Positions 38,094 through 48,871 of a stretch of DNA of 64,000 bases are shown piece by piece (position 1 is the stretch's first letter; each line of letters begins with the position of its first letter). The notes under the pieces were generated by a model. The model saw only the letters and a program-made list of their open reading frames with translations. It had not been told where the DNA came from and ran no database searches. Origin of the DNA: a virus; IMG/VR virus record IMGVR_UViG_3300037502_003155, positions 1 through 64,000 of that record, one strand, 5' to 3'. A program made the translations under genes and the position numbers.

Positions 38094-40387
38094 TAGAAGT
38101 TCCTCCGATTAGGCAATGGCTTGAGAATGCGACCGAGGGCCGTTCCAGTCGTACCCGTTACCCGTCCTGCTACCGTAGGGCTTCCCCCTTGGGCAGAACT
38201 AGGGCGGGTGTCGTAGCGTATAGGTCGAGGACGGTCTAGCCCTAGCGATAGGCTCATGCCCTCGCAGCTTACCGTGGGCGTTCCCAGGTCGGCTATGTTG
38301 CCATCAAAGGTCAACTTCCAACTGAGTTGGGTAATCAGCCATTGCCCCAAGTGTCGGTGCCGATCTCCCTCAATCGCCACGGTATCCCCCGGTTTCATAT
38401 TTGGGTAAAAGCCATGCACTTTGTATTGGGCCTGGGTATTTTGCAGCCCAGACCGACGCAGACGCACCCGCAACCCTGCCTTAGCCTCGCTCAATGTCTT
38501 AGCCCCTGGAATATTAATGCTGCCCTCGCCTTCTGCGTAGCGGTCGGCCACGTCTGGCGTGGTGACGAGGGTAATGGTGGTGGTGTCGGGCTTCTGTTTG
38601 GTGTCAAGCTCCTCTGGCTCAAACTGATTTCGGCGCACCGTGGGCGAGGGCGGCGTACCCTGCATTTCCTTGAAGGTGGTTTGCTCGGCCACGGCAATAA
38701 ACTGAGGGTCTTGGGAGCTATACTGCCGGGTTGTTTCGGTGTAGCGTCCCTCCTCTGGCTTGGTAGGGGTGCGTTTGATGCGTGTCTCCGATTCTTCCCC
38801 CGTCTGAAAGTGTTCTGGGGGTTTCGGTGGATCGTCTGGGTCGGGTGCAATGTCTACGTCGGCCTCTGGGTCAGGTGCCCAGCGGTAGCTATTCGCTTGC
38901 CGCCCCTCTTCCGCGATCCATAATGGTTCAACAAAATTGGGGTCAGGATACAGAATAGCGACCTGTCCGGTGCTGGTGGTCACGGACTCTTCTACTAATT
39001 CCTGGATGCGTGGCTCTAGGCTATCGTAGGCCGCAAATTCTACCCTGAAGGGCAGTTGCTCATCCTCTGGGGTAAAGGTACCTCGTGAGGGCTTCAATAG
39101 GTAGGCCGTGCGGTCTTCGTAGGGCGTCCAGGTGGGTTCAAATAATTCAGCCTCAACCCATGGATCGGTGGGGTCGAGGGTGTTCCTTGCGTCGGATTCT
39201 TGCACCAATCGGGTTAGCTTGCGCCCTTTGGTGACAGATCCTAAAAGATACTGTGTTTCAGATTTGATGCTAGTACTTGAAACAATGGGGCCGCCCGACA
39301 CAAACCGCTGAAAATCGGGATGAACAAGGGCTTTTAGCCGCCGTTCACGCTTCGGGTCGGACGAGTCAGTGATGGTAATGGCAATCCCGGTGAAGTTGTC
39401 GAGGTTAGAGTAGGTGTGTGTCGTCGTTCGTTCTTCTACCTTGCGCCAGAAATCGGCGGGTTTATATTCTGAAGGTTTGCGGGGGTATCCATCCTCATCA
39501 AAGATGTCGATGTATCGGTAAACGTAGCCCCAGAGTTCATAGGATTCTGACTCCGGTGTCCCGTCTACCGTTGTAACAACTCTCTTAAATTTGGTTGGCC
39601 CAGACTGGTCGAAATTGCTGCTCATGTCTCTCAGCTTTTTGGCTTCCGCTGACTGGGCCTCATCCGAAAGCCAAAGCTGAGCATCATTATCGGGTGGCTT
39701 CTCAGGGTTCGTGTCGCCTTCGGTCAGCGTCAATCTTTCCGGCTTTTTGGGGGTCAGAGGCGCATTAGGTGAGGGCGTTTTGGCTCCGTCTGTTCCCCAG
39801 GTCAGCGGTGCTTTGTTGTAGCCTTCCGAGGGCAACGCCACAGAACTGCCCCCCACCTCGATCACCTGCTCACGGGTGAATTTCCATGTACTACCAAACC
39901 CTAGCGCCTTTACCCGCAATCCATCGGAGTAGGCTAGGAACCCCTTCAGGTCGGCTTCATTGCCCAGTTCTTCGAGCTTTTCTTGCCACTTGGGTCGGCT
40001 ACTTTGCCCTGGCGTGACCCGTCCAGAGGTACCACTGCCATACCGGGCTTTGGCCTGCAAAACAATGCTCAAAAACTGTAGGGATATGGTGACGGTGTAG
40101 CTGTCGAGCCACCCCACCCGATCCACCTTCACCGAATCTTGGCTGTAGCTGCGATTATTGACCTCCATGGGCACACCGTAAAGGAAGATGCGCTGACCCA
40201 TGGGGTAGGCCCGTTCAATCTCAGCAATAGTCCCGCTGGATACCCCCGTATAGACCAACGTTGCCGTGGGTTCGCTGGTCATGCTGTCGCTGTAGCTAAT
40301 CTCCCCCGCCATCATCGGGTAGGGGAGCCTGGGTGCATCGAAGACCAGAGGGCTATGGGTAAAGCTGGTGCGGGTGAGGATGGGCAT
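38093..40387 (-). CDS. putative tail hub/baseplate protein
   Basis: 764 aa; C-terminal P.MKPGD.V...W.IT...W hub-like motif. Confidence 0.7.
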   Translation of the reverse strand: MPILTRTSFTHSPLVFDAPRLPYPMMAGEISYSDSMTSEPTATLVYTGVSSGTIAEIERAYPMGQRIFLYGVPMEVNNRSYSQDSVKVDRVGWLDSYTVTISLQFLSIVLQAKARYGSGTSGRVTPGQSSRPKWQEKLEELGNEADLKGFLAYSDGLRVKALGFGSTWKFTREQVIEVGGSSVALPSEGYNKAPLTWGTDGAKTPSPNAPLTPKKPERLTLTEGDTNPEKPPDNDAQLWLSDEAQSAEAKKLRDMSSNFDQSGPTKFKRVVTTVDGTPESESYELWGYVYRYIDIFDEDGYPRKPSEYKPADFWRKVEERTTTHTYSNLDNFTGIAITITDSSDPKRERRLKALVHPDFQRFVSGGPIVSSTSIKSETQYLLGSVTKGRKLTRLVQESDARNTLDPTDPWVEAELFEPTWTPYEDRTAYLLKPSRGTFTPEDEQLPFRVEFAAYDSLEPRIQELVEESVTTSTGQVAILYPDPNFVEPLWIAEEGRQANSYRWAPDPEADVDIAPDPDDPPKPPEHFQTGEESETRIKRTPTKPEEGRYTETTRQYSSQDPQFIAVAEQTTFKEMQGTPPSPTVRRNQFEPEELDTKQKPDTTTITLVTTPDVADRYAEGEGSINIPGAKTLSEAKAGLRVRLRRSGLQNTQAQYKVHGFYPNMKPGDTVAIEGDRHRHLGQWLITQLSWKLTFDGNIADLGTPTVSCEGMSLSLGLDRPRPIRYDTRPSSAQGGSPTVAGRVTGTTGTALGRILKPLPNRRNF

Positions 40388-40391
40388 GGGG

Positions 40392-41480
40392 TTATGAACG
40401 AGTCCTTCTCATTTTTTCAGTCACCTCTCGCCCGAAGTAGGCTGATGTCACCGTTACATCGGGGATTCTCTCTAATCCGCCATGTTGGGCGAGGGCATCG
40501 GGGTTGATGTATTCCATCATGTCTCTGGTGTAAAACGCCCCATTGTTGGCGGCTACCTGTTCAGCCACCATGCCCAGATCGGTACGACTAGGCTTACCTG
40601 TTGCCGCGTTTTGCCGAGCAATGCCAATATCTTTAGGGGACTCAAAGGAACCGTCATCAAACCCGACCATCATTCGATGGAACTCCGCCTTGCCATCGGG
40701 GGCATAGACGGCATTCGTGACGGATACGGGTTGTCTCTCTCCCATCGACAGGGATTTCTTGAAGGTTTCTAGGCTATCTTCACTATTGGCGATAGCCTTG
40801 CGCTCTTCTTCCCCCGCATTCTCCCAGAATTGCCTAGCGGCCCCCTGGATATCCCCACGGGCAAGCGACTTCTTGAGCCGATTATAGCTTTCCGGCTGAG
40901 ACAACAAAAAAGCAGAATCAAGCCCCTGTGTTGTACCGTCCGACATCACGGCATAGTATCGGGCCAGTTGGCCGCTATTTTGGCTGCGAATCATGTAGTT
41001 ATCGCTATAGGCATCTTCCGCGTAAACCTTGCGGTCTCCAAATGGCCCTTCTTCAATGAGGTATGGCGCGTCATTTTCTTTAAATGAGTCAGCGATGCGA
41101 GTGATCTTGGGTCGCTTTTCTGGAGGGGTTTCTAGCGATTCTTTTAGGGTTATGCGCTTTGTCTTAGCTGGTCTTTTAGGCTTTGTTTCAACGGGCTTAG
41201 GCTTCACATAAGGTTTCTGTCCCTTCGCAGCCTTAACCTCACTCTTTAACTTCGCCCGTTCTTTCGCTTTCTCTACTGTCTTCGCCTTGGCCTCTTTACT
41301 GGTCTGCGAAGCCTTATCCCGGCTGCATTTCTTCGTCCTGGGAATCCAACCCCGACCACAAGCAACGCCTTGGCCTCGTTGGTCTAGACGCATCCCGTCA
41401 GCATACCCTTGGATGAACTCCGGGGAAGCGTCCAACCTAAGGTCATACTGAAGCGCTAGAAGGTGATGGGATAAGGCCAT
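40392..41480 (-). CDS. leader-bearing putative internal head protein 1
   Basis: shared N-terminal FIQGYADGMRLD..CGRGWIP..KKC leader; own late promoter. Confidence 0.75.
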   Translation of the reverse strand: MALSHHLLALQYDLRLDASPEFIQGYADGMRLDQRGQGVACGRGWIPRTKKCSRDKASQTSKEAKAKTVEKAKERAKLKSEVKAAKGQKPYVKPKPVETKPKRPAKTKRITLKESLETPPEKRPKITRIADSFKENDAPYLIEEGPFGDRKVYAEDAYSDNYMIRSQNSGQLARYYAVMSDGTTQGLDSAFLLSQPESYNRLKKSLARGDIQGAARQFWENAGEEERKAIANSEDSLETFKKSLSMGERQPVSVTNAVYAPDGKAEFHRMMVGFDDGSFESPKDIGIARQNAATGKPSRTDLGMVAEQVAANNGAFYTRDMMEYINPDALAQHGGLERIPDVTVTSAYFGREVTEKMRRTRS

Positions 41481-41507
41481 GCTGCCAAGTTGAACTCATT
41501 AATTCCA

Positions 41508-41557
41508 ATCCTGTCACCCTACCTCACCTATACCCTCTATTTTGCGAAATCCGCTAA
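41508..41557 (-). promoter_or_regulatory. late promoter
   Basis: TTAGCGGATTTCGCAAA-N27-CAGGAT. Confidence 0.75.
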
Positions 41558-42486
41558 CCTAGCCCCGACAGATACGACAATTCACCCAATGCACTAACCC
41601 CGGTGCCACCATCAGCCCCCGTCCCTCGTACCCATAGCGCACGGGCATAGGGCACACACACGGTCGCAATGTTTCGGGTCGCTAGCAGATCCCCGACCTG
41701 CACGGCAAAAACATCCCTCGCAGGCCGACACACAATGCCGAGATAGGTCAGTTCATCCACCACTTCGCCGCTGATGGCCGACAGGTCGAACGACACCAGC
41801 ACCCCGGTCATCTCTGGTAATGACCCTTGCCAAACGCCCTCGATCTGCACCGATTGGAACGACCGGGGGCGGTAGGTTGTGCTGCCGTACAGCGTCACAA
41901 TGTCGCCAACTTGCACCAATTCCCCGACCTGGGGACTGGCAGGGTTAGCGGCGGCGGTAAAGCTCAGTCCTTCACTCACTGCCCTCGCCACGGTGAAGGT
42001 ATTGGCCCCAATAAAGTCGGCTAGATCAATGGCATAGTTCAGGTTGTTATCGGGGGCCGGGGCTTGGGCCTCTACCGTTAGCTGCACCGTCACCTCATCG
42101 CCCGCCACGGTGCCCACGGGGGCATAGAGGCTTAGCCCTTGGGTATCCGCCCATCCCATCAATGGCACGACACCAGGAATAGCGTTAGGGTCTGCCTTGA
42201 GGGTATAGAGTTGGCCCCCTAGCGCTACCCTTGCCACCGCTGACACCGTGTAGTTCTCGGCTTCGCTGAATGGCACCGTGAACAATCGGCCCGCATAGGT
42301 TGGGGCTGGCAGTGGCACCGATACCGCATCAAACCCAGGGCGCAACCCAAAGCCCCCGTAGGCACTCACCAGGGCGAACGGGGGCCGTACCTGGGGCGTG
42401 GTGATAGTTTGTACCCTGAGTAAAGGTGCCTTCGCCAATGGTGGCTCTGGGGTGGTGGGTAGGCTAGCGTTGGTGAGTAGGAGCAT
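41554..42486 (-). CDS. putative structural protein
   Basis: beta-rich composition, tail cluster. Confidence 0.65.
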   Translation of the reverse strand: MLLLTNASLPTTPEPPLAKAPLLRVQTITTPQVRPPFALVSAYGGFGLRPGFDAVSVPLPAPTYAGRLFTVPFSEAENYTVSAVARVALGGQLYTLKADPNAIPGVVPLMGWADTQGLSLYAPVGTVAGDEVTVQLTVEAQAPAPDNNLNYAIDLADFIGANTFTVARAVSEGLSFTAAANPASPQVGELVQVGDIVTLYGSTTYRPRSFQSVQIEGVWQGSLPEMTGVLVSFDLSAISGEVVDELTYLGIVCRPARDVFAVQVGDLLATRNIATVCVPYARALWVRGTGADGGTGVSALGELSYLSGLG

Positions 42487-42488
42487 GG

Positions 42489-43856
42489 TTAGCCGTAAAG
42501 AGCTTCTGCTAGGGAGATGTCACTAGAGTCAAGCTTTACGCCATTTTTTGTCCAAGTCAGGAAATCGGCCAATGATTCACGTTCTTGACGAGCTAGCTTT
42601 TGTGGATTCCCACTCCAGTCAATCCCAGACTCAAGCAAAGCGGATGCGATGGCCCTAGCCTCTTTGCCGTTACTTGATGCCGTAATTTGCATTCCCGATG
42701 GAATATGGGTGATGCTATAACCCGTTCTCTTCCCAGCAGCATTCGGGTTTAAGTTGATATCTTTTAGCGGAACAATCGCCAAATCTCCCTCAACCTTGGC
42801 GTTAACTTTTTGACTGCCATTAAGGCCAACAATCTCAATTTCTTGGGATTTGAATTTCTTTCCTTCCATGGCGTCTTGAAAAAATTGCCTGCGTTCTTCC
42901 ATTCCTGCCTTGGAACTAAGAGTCATTGCCGTCATCCTTTTTGGCAGGAAGGCGTCAGAAAACTTTTCCATTTTTTCAGGATCGGCTGGCTTTGGATTTG
43001 AAAGCCCTGATGTTGCTTTCTTGGTGGCTGTCCTCCGTTGTTTCCGTTCTTCTTTGTATTTCTTATCAAATTCCTCTTGTGACGTTGTTTTTGATCGGGT
43101 TTTTCCTGGTTGTTGTTTTGATTGCCGTTTAGCCCGATTTTCCATGCCGACACGCTCAGACCCCTGAATATCAGACGGCATCGAAAAAGCTTTGCCAGAT
43201 TTTTGAGATTCACGGGCCAGTCTTGCCGCTTTCTCCACCTGAAATGCAGCAGACCTAGGATTCCCTTTCGGGCCTCCTGATGCGCTCATGGTGCCCTTGA
43301 CGTTTCGTTGCCAATTCTTAGCCCACGAATTAGCCACTTCCATACCCGCAGCTTCCGCCTTGCCAACATCCCCCGTCTCGGCCAATGTACGGGAAAAGGT
43401 CAGCAAGGAATCACCCATCGACTCTAATTCAACATGACGGGCACCTATAGCGATTTCGCCTTGACGGGGCTTAGCGTTATTGGCTTCCTTTAGATATTCC
43501 GTGGCAACGTCCGTAACTCGCCTAGAAAACTCAGTATTGACCTTCTGAAGCTTAGCCGGATCTTGCTTAGGCTCTGGCTTTTCCTTATCCCGTGGCTTCT
43601 GCCCTTTCGCCGCCTTAACCTCGCCCTTGAGCTTCGCCCGTTCTCTAGCCTTCTCAGCCGTCCGTGCCTTAGCTTCTTTGGGTGTAGCCGTCGCCTTATC
43701 CCGCGAGCACTTCTTGCTCCTGGGAATCCAACCCTTACCACAAGCCACCCCCTGACCACGCTGGTCGAGGCGCATTCCATCCACATACCCTTGGATAAAG
43801 GCTTCAGAAGCATCTAGCCGTAGCCCATACCGAAGCGCCAAAGAAACCGTAGACAT
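42489..43856 (-). CDS. leader-bearing putative internal head protein 2
   Basis: near-identical ~90-aa leader to 40392; unrelated C-terminus. Confidence 0.75.
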   Translation of the reverse strand: MSTVSLALRYGLRLDASEAFIQGYVDGMRLDQRGQGVACGKGWIPRSKKCSRDKATATPKEAKARTAEKARERAKLKGEVKAAKGQKPRDKEKPEPKQDPAKLQKVNTEFSRRVTDVATEYLKEANNAKPRQGEIAIGARHVELESMGDSLLTFSRTLAETGDVGKAEAAGMEVANSWAKNWQRNVKGTMSASGGPKGNPRSAAFQVEKAARLARESQKSGKAFSMPSDIQGSERVGMENRAKRQSKQQPGKTRSKTTSQEEFDKKYKEERKQRRTATKKATSGLSNPKPADPEKMEKFSDAFLPKRMTAMTLSSKAGMEERRQFFQDAMEGKKFKSQEIEIVGLNGSQKVNAKVEGDLAIVPLKDINLNPNAAGKRTGYSITHIPSGMQITASSNGKEARAIASALLESGIDWSGNPQKLARQERESLADFLTWTKNGVKLDSSDISLAEALYG

Positions 43857-43858
43857 CG

Positions 43859-44521
43859 TTAAGCCTCCATATTCAAAACTTCCACCAACACCCGATCCGG
43901 GTCACAGGTCAGCGACAGCACCTTAGCCACCGCTGCACACTCACAGCCCGCCAACCTCACATAGACCACATCATCCCCCCGCCGTGCCAACAAATGGGCG
44001 GTGACTGGCCCTAGCGGTTCCTCTGTGGTCACAATGGCTTGGCCGTACTGCACCCTTACCCTTAGCGCACGGTCGTATAGGTCGGGGCTACACTTTGCGG
44101 TGGCCCCCTTGCCCACATCAGGAAACACCTGGATCGAGTTGGGGCCAGTGCCCAGCGTGGCCTCGGTCGCCTGAACCTGTTGCCCATCTACGCTCTTAGG
44201 CAGGGAGTAGGCCACAATCGTTGCGCTGGTCAGGTCTGCCGCTTCTAGGGTATAGCCCGTGCCCGATGGCCGTAGGGTGAGCAACCCAGGCCCACCCACG
44301 GCTTCAAACATCCCCACAAAGGGCATTCCCGATACCTCCCACCGTCGCCCCTTCAGCAGCGCATCCCGTTCAGGGCATGGGTTAAGCTCTACCGTCAGCA
44401 CATGGCCCGCCAACTTGGTTTTGCTGGGCTTGGCATAGACGGGCACCGCTAACCCCTGGAGGTCGCCTATGGGGTCAACCTCCAGCCATGTACGGTAGAT
44501 GTGGGTTAGGGAGGGGAGCAT
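43859..44521 (-). CDS. putative structural protein
   Basis: coupled ORF in late operon. Confidence 0.6.
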   Translation of the reverse strand: MLPSLTHIYRTWLEVDPIGDLQGLAVPVYAKPSKTKLAGHVLTVELNPCPERDALLKGRRWEVSGMPFVGMFEAVGGPGLLTLRPSGTGYTLEAADLTSATIVAYSLPKSVDGQQVQATEATLGTGPNSIQVFPDVGKGATAKCSPDLYDRALRVRVQYGQAIVTTEEPLGPVTAHLLARRGDDVVYVRLAGCECAAVAKVLSLTCDPDRVLVEVLNMEA

Positions 44522-45210
44522 TACTCACCCTGAGCCGTCCGAATCGCATCCATCGTTTGAGGATGGGTAAACGATCCGCTGGTGGTATTGACAGCCGTAG
44601 GCGATGCCGCGCCATCAAAGAACGAAATCCCGGTAGCCTGTACGGTAAACTTCCGGTTGGCATCAATGTCGGGGGCAATGGTCAACTGCGCCAACTTGCG
44701 TACCTTGCCACTCCCACTAGCGGCGGTCGTCGTCGTTCGAGAAATGGCATTCGATACTGCACTGCCATTTGACAAAGACAAGCAGGTAACGGTACAGGTA
44801 AACGCGCCCGTCGTGCCAGGGGTAACACCCGTCACAACCACGGTATTTTCTACGCCTGTTCCACCCTGTACCGCCATTACGTCAGGGTGTAGGTTAATCA
44901 ATTCAGCCAGGGCAGCCGCTACATCATCTTCGGTCGGGGTCTCGCTGGAATCAAAGAACCAGGAAAAAACCCGCGCCGCCCCCGTGGGGCCATCAATGCT
45001 CACCTGGTAATGGGCATCAGCCACGGGCAGGTTAGCCTGAGAAACGGTGATGGTCTCTACCTGTGGTTCGCTGGTCGCATCCAAATTTACCCAGTGCTCT
45101 ACCCGTACATTGGCACCCCCGGCAATGGGCACCACACGGGCTTCGACCTCCAACGACACCGAGGACGTGGACGTGGTAATAGCGGTATAGGTTAAGTCAG
45201 CAATACTCAT
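44521..45210 (-). CDS. putative virion structural protein
   Basis: T/S/V/A-rich; own late promoter. Confidence 0.65.
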   Translation of the reverse strand: MSIADLTYTAITTSTSSVSLEVEARVVPIAGGANVRVEHWVNLDATSEPQVETITVSQANLPVADAHYQVSIDGPTGAARVFSWFFDSSETPTEDDVAAALAELINLHPDVMAVQGGTGVENTVVVTGVTPGTTGAFTCTVTCLSLSNGSAVSNAISRTTTTAASGSGKVRKLAQLTIAPDIDANRKFTVQATGISFFDGAASPTAVNTTSGSFTHPQTMDAIRTAQGE

Positions 45211-45247
45211 GGGGAACCCCTAAAACAAGTGGTGTGATCACGTTGCT

Positions 45248-45297
45248 ACAGTGACAGGGCTAAGGCACGATAGGCGACAGTTTGCGGAATTAGCTAA
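45248..45297 (-). promoter_or_regulatory. late promoter
   Basis: TTAGCTAATTCCGCAAA-N27-CACTGT. Confidence 0.75.
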
Positions 45298-45772
45298 ACA
45301 ACCCTGCCAATGACCTCAATTCCCTTTCCAGCACCGGCCCCGTCACCCTACACAGTCGATTGCGGGGGCAACGCCCCAACCCACAGGAAAATGTAGCCCG
45401 GTCATTCACCATGGCTTGGTGCTGCGCCCGTTTCTCGCTAGAAAGCCGTCGGGTAAGCTTCCCAGGGTTAGGCACCGTCAGGCTATGGGCCAACATCGGC
45501 TGTACCGCACCGATCTGACGATAGGACAAGGTATTCCCTCGCCATTCAAAGCCGTAGACCACCCCATCTAGCCCCTTGAACCAACCCCGAAACCAGCGCT
45601 CAGCCCCCAGTTGCTCTGCCTGGAATGACACCTGTTGGATGCCATCGGTAAACCCGTGGCGGGCCAGGGCTTGGTATACCTTCAACCGGGCTTGCCCCTG
45701 CTGTCGGCGTTGGTAAAGGGTGGGGAGGATGGCCACTAAGAACGCCCCCGTCGTCTCAACACCATTGACCAA
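45290..45772 (-). CDS. hypothetical late protein
   Basis: ORF in head-tail joining cluster; start uncertain. Confidence 0.45.
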   Translation of the reverse strand: MVNGVETTGAFLVAILPTLYQRRQQGQARLKVYQALARHGFTDGIQQVSFQAEQLGAERWFRGWFKGLDGVVYGFEWRGNTLSYRQIGAVQPMLAHSLTVPNPGKLTRRLSSEKRAQHQAMVNDRATFSCGLGRCPRNRLCRVTGPVLERELRSLAGLFS

Positions 45773-46194
45773 TGCAGTTGACTCTGTTCTTCCACCTCCA
45801 CTCCCGGCACCAGGTCGCAGAGGATGCCTCCAAACGATTCAATCAACCCTTGGTCTAGCCGTTCTGAAACCAAGGCCGATAGTTGGTCTGCCGTTAGCCC
45901 CACCACATAGAATTTGCCCCTGCCGTGGATTTGGTCGAGGGCGTAGGCTTTGCTAATCCCCTGCACTTGGAGATCGTCAAGCTCGACCTCTACCCCCTGA
46001 ATGCCCTCGTACCGCTGCACCAGTCGAGGGGAAATCAGATCAATCGCTGGGTTAGGGCAGATGGTCAGCCAGGAAAAGCCCTCGGTGCGGTCGCCAATGG
46101 TTAGCACGCGGTTAGTCGGCAAGCCATAGCTACTGGCATGGTGGGCAGCGGCGTCCCTGGATGACTGGAATAGGGCGGTGAGGTTGATGGCCAT
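45736..46194 (-). CDS. putative head-closure protein
   Basis: follows the adaptor; size and C-terminal W..VLRR. Confidence 0.55.
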   Translation of the reverse strand: MAINLTALFQSSRDAAAHHASSYGLPTNRVLTIGDRTEGFSWLTICPNPAIDLISPRLVQRYEGIQGVEVELDDLQVQGISKAYALDQIHGRGKFYVVGLTADQLSALVSERLDQGLIESFGGILCDLVPGVEVEEQSQLHWSMVLRRRGRS

Positions 46195-46556
46195 TAGAAC
46201 GCAAACCCTAAACGTTTAGGCAATGTCCGGCGCAAGCGCTTAAACTGCTGTCCGTACAAGGTCTGGGAAAGGTCATCCTCTCCACCGGGGGCATTTACAC
46301 TGGCTTGCCCTTGCGCCACACTCTGAGCCGTTGCTGCACTCATCGCCTGCTGTAGCCGCTGACACTCAAGGGTATGCGCCGTCAACAACTTTACCCCTCG
46401 TTCCCGTATCGTGGCCACATCCCACACCGTTGCAGGGCATTGAAGCTCAGCAATGGCAAGGGCTTCTGAGATTTGGCCCTCAGTGAACCCGTCAAAGTCT
46501 GGGTAGGCCGTCTTGAATTGGGCAACGGTGATCGCCATGGCATCCTCAACGCTCAT
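46194..46556 (-). CDS. head-tail adaptor (DUF4054-like)
   Basis: F...YP.F, L.TAH.L, L..T.YGQQF..L. Confidence 0.85.
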   Translation of the reverse strand: MSVEDAMAITVAQFKTAYPDFDGFTEGQISEALAIAELQCPATVWDVATIRERGVKLLTAHTLECQRLQQAMSAATAQSVAQGQASVNAPGGEDDLSQTLYGQQFKRLRRTLPKRLGFAF

Positions 46557-46559
46557 CCC

Positions 46560-46609
46560 ACGGTGCCACGGGGGAACGACGTTGATTTAGGCTTTGCGAA
46601 ATGCGCTAA
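46560..46609 (-). promoter_or_regulatory. late promoter
   Basis: TTAGCGCATTTCGCAAA-N27-CACCGT. Confidence 0.75.
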
Positions 46610-46929
46610 TTCAGCCAGCCAGGGGTAAACCGGGTCTGCCCCACCCTAAACTTGCGGCGTCCCGTGGCCCACACCACGCCGCTGCCTACCGCTTGTACCT
46701 CGTATTCCCCGGTTGTTTGGGGCACGATGGTAAACCGATAGACCCCCGTGGCCGTCTTGGTCACTTCAGCGTTAGTGCCATAGACAAAGTTGCTTTGCTG
46801 CCCATTGGGGTTGATCAAGGCAAACCCGACCTTCTCTGGGTCGGTAAGAACTTCATCCTCATCGCGGAACTCGCCCGTGTAGATGATGGCCGTCCCTGGT
46901 TCAACAAGGGTCGTCGTTTCCTGGTTCAC
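46606..46929 (-). CDS. Ig-like small structural protein
   Basis: L.DP..V......P.G.....ATGVY.....G.Y pattern. Confidence 0.6.
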   Translation of the reverse strand: MNQETTTLVEPGTAIIYTGEFRDEDEVLTDPEKVGFALINPNGQQSNFVYGTNAEVTKTATGVYRFTIVPQTTGEYEVQAVGSGVVWATGRRKFRVGQTRFTPGWLN

Positions 46930-47235
46930 TTCGGTAAAGCCTCATGGAATGGGTAGCGGTGGTTAGGCCGAGCAAGGGCTCTGAGGGATGCAGAATCACA
47001 GCATGGGGCAACACGCTAAGCCCAGGAGATGGCATCGCTAGCCGCTCCAACGACAGACGATGCGTGGCGGCATTGAGCGTATGCACCCACAGCGGGGGCC
47101 GCTCAACACGACGGGAGGAAGGGTTTAAACCCAGCGGGCTGAGATTTCCTTTTAGGCCAAGCGGGAAGAGGGCCATGACTCTACAAAACTCACCCCACCA
47201 TCTTACCAAGGCCACCCATAGCCTCCACTGCCAAT

Positions 47236-47840
47236 GAGTCAGTGTTCACTGACTGGCTGACAAAACGCCAGAACCGCCACCGCGCAAGGGTTTTGAGCAA
47301 CGTCAATAATCCCAGTCAGTGATTTGTCAGCGCCAGTCAGTACCAGTCAATAGCCTACTGACTGGCCAAAACCATTGATATACAAGGCTTTAGGGTACAC
47401 CAGTCAGCAAGTCAGTGAAATCCTTATATAGATATTTAAAATATTCCTCCCTGAAATGCCCTAAAGGATAAAAATGTACTACCTATAAAAATAATCGCGA
47501 TACCTCAATTTTCACTGACTTACTGACTCGTCCTACTCAAACCCTTGATATATAAGGTTTTTCACCAGTCAGAGCCTTACTGACTGACACTGACTGACAC
47601 TGACTGGTCTGCTGACAATTCTCCTAGAACCCTTGATATATAAGGCTTTCCATTAGTCAGTAGTTACTGACTGGTTTTACTGACTTGGATTATTGACTGA
47701 GATAGCTTCCCTCTAATCCAAAGATGGAAGTAAATATATCTACTAAGAGTTATTTATCTATATCTATAAAGAGCGCATTGTATACAGTACACAGTCAGTT
47801 TTCCGCAGATCGGCCAGTGGTGTTGGCGCTGACTGACTGG
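47236..47840. repeat. ACTGAC iteron module B (origin-like)
   Basis: collinear with module A; opposed iteron arrays around an AT-rich core; ends TTGTATACAGTACACA. Confidence 0.8.
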
Positions 47841-47909
47841 GCAGCAAAAAGCCCCACCGTGGGGCGGGGCTGGTCAGCGGGCTTTTGAGGGGCAGTGGTG
47901 CGGGCTGGG

Positions 47910-48146
47910 CTACAGAACCGGGCGAGTACCCTTGCCAGCGGCCCGCCACCCGCTGACAAACGCCTTGGCCCATTCGTGCGAGGAGCGCACGATCTGAATG
48001 TCGCGCCCTGCGATGGGGGCATGGACGGGGAGCTTGGTGTGGCCCTGTTGTGCCCAGCGACGGCCTGCCTCGTAGCAAGCCTCCTCGGTAGCGTTGAAAT
48101 CGGGGCTAGGGGTAAAGGTTCCCCCGAATGATGCGTATGCGGTCAT
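47910..48146 (-). CDS. hypothetical protein
   Basis: own TTGACA promoter (48220-48225), AAGGA SD, downstream hairpin. Confidence 0.55.
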   Translation of the reverse strand: MTAYASFGGTFTPSPDFNATEEACYEAGRRWAQQGHTKLPVHAPIAGRDIQIVRSSHEWAKAFVSGWRAAGKGTRPVL

Positions 48147-48221
48147 GGTGTTTCCTTGTTGATTGGGTGGTGAGGTTGGTTGCCTCATGTAAATCAATAT
48201 GCCACACTTGACCGTGACGTG

Positions 48222-48467
48222 TCAAGCGTTTTCTGAATTATCTTTTTGCTGTTGGCGTTTAATGTTACGCAGGATTCTGTTGACTGCTCGGCTGCGTCGT
48301 TGGCGTTCAGCGTCGGGGGTGCCACCTGGTGCGCCGTGGCGGTGCCCGCCGTGGGAAGACTGAGAGTCGGTCACGGTTTTTCCGCAGGGCTTGCATCGCC
48401 AGCGCTGGGCATAGCTTGACGTTCTTCCGTTGCGAACCATGGGTCTATTGCAGTGGGGGCAGTTCAT
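48222..48467 (-). CDS. InsA-like zinc-ribbon protein
   Basis: CPHC....RNG......QRWRCK.CGK; AERQRRSR tail; AGGAGG SD. Confidence 0.65.
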   Translation of the reverse strand: MNCPHCNRPMVRNGRTSSYAQRWRCKPCGKTVTDSQSSHGGHRHGAPGGTPDAERQRRSRAVNRILRNIKRQQQKDNSENA

Positions 48468-48601
48468 GTCGTTGTCATCGTTGCCTACCTCCTTAATATA
48501 CGCGCTTGAGTGTGACGGGCTAATCAAGGTTGCAGCACGTTTTAATGACCCAACAAAAAAGCCCCTCGGGCGGAGGGGCTATCACACACTCAATCACGCA
48601 T

Positions 48602-48871
48602 CTATCGCACAGCCACGCCCGCCGCCTGATAGACCTGCTGGGCATCCACCGCATCCTCGAGGCGCGTCCCCACGGGGGCGCCGGGCAACGTCTCCACCGT
48701 GGGCACCGAGGACACCCGCAGCCCTACCGAGTCAGGATGGGCCAATGCGGCCTCTTCACTGCGGAAATACCAGGGCTTACCATCGTGGGCTGATTGGATC
48801 GTGCCATCGGCCATCAGCCGGAAACGGTCGTGGCGGTCGGCTAGGTAGTAAAGGGTCTTGGGTAGGGTCAT
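48602..48871 (-). CDS. hypothetical protein
   Basis: ATGA overlap with upstream ORF. Confidence 0.5.
   Translation of the reverse strand: MTLPKTLYYLADRHDRFRLMADGTIQSAHDGKPWYFRSEEAALAHPDSVGLRVSSVPTVETLPGAPVGTRLEDAVDAQQVYQAAGVAVR

Noticed and set aside
48222-48527. active IS1 element
   Set aside because: No InsB/DDE domain and no terminal inverted repeats seen.
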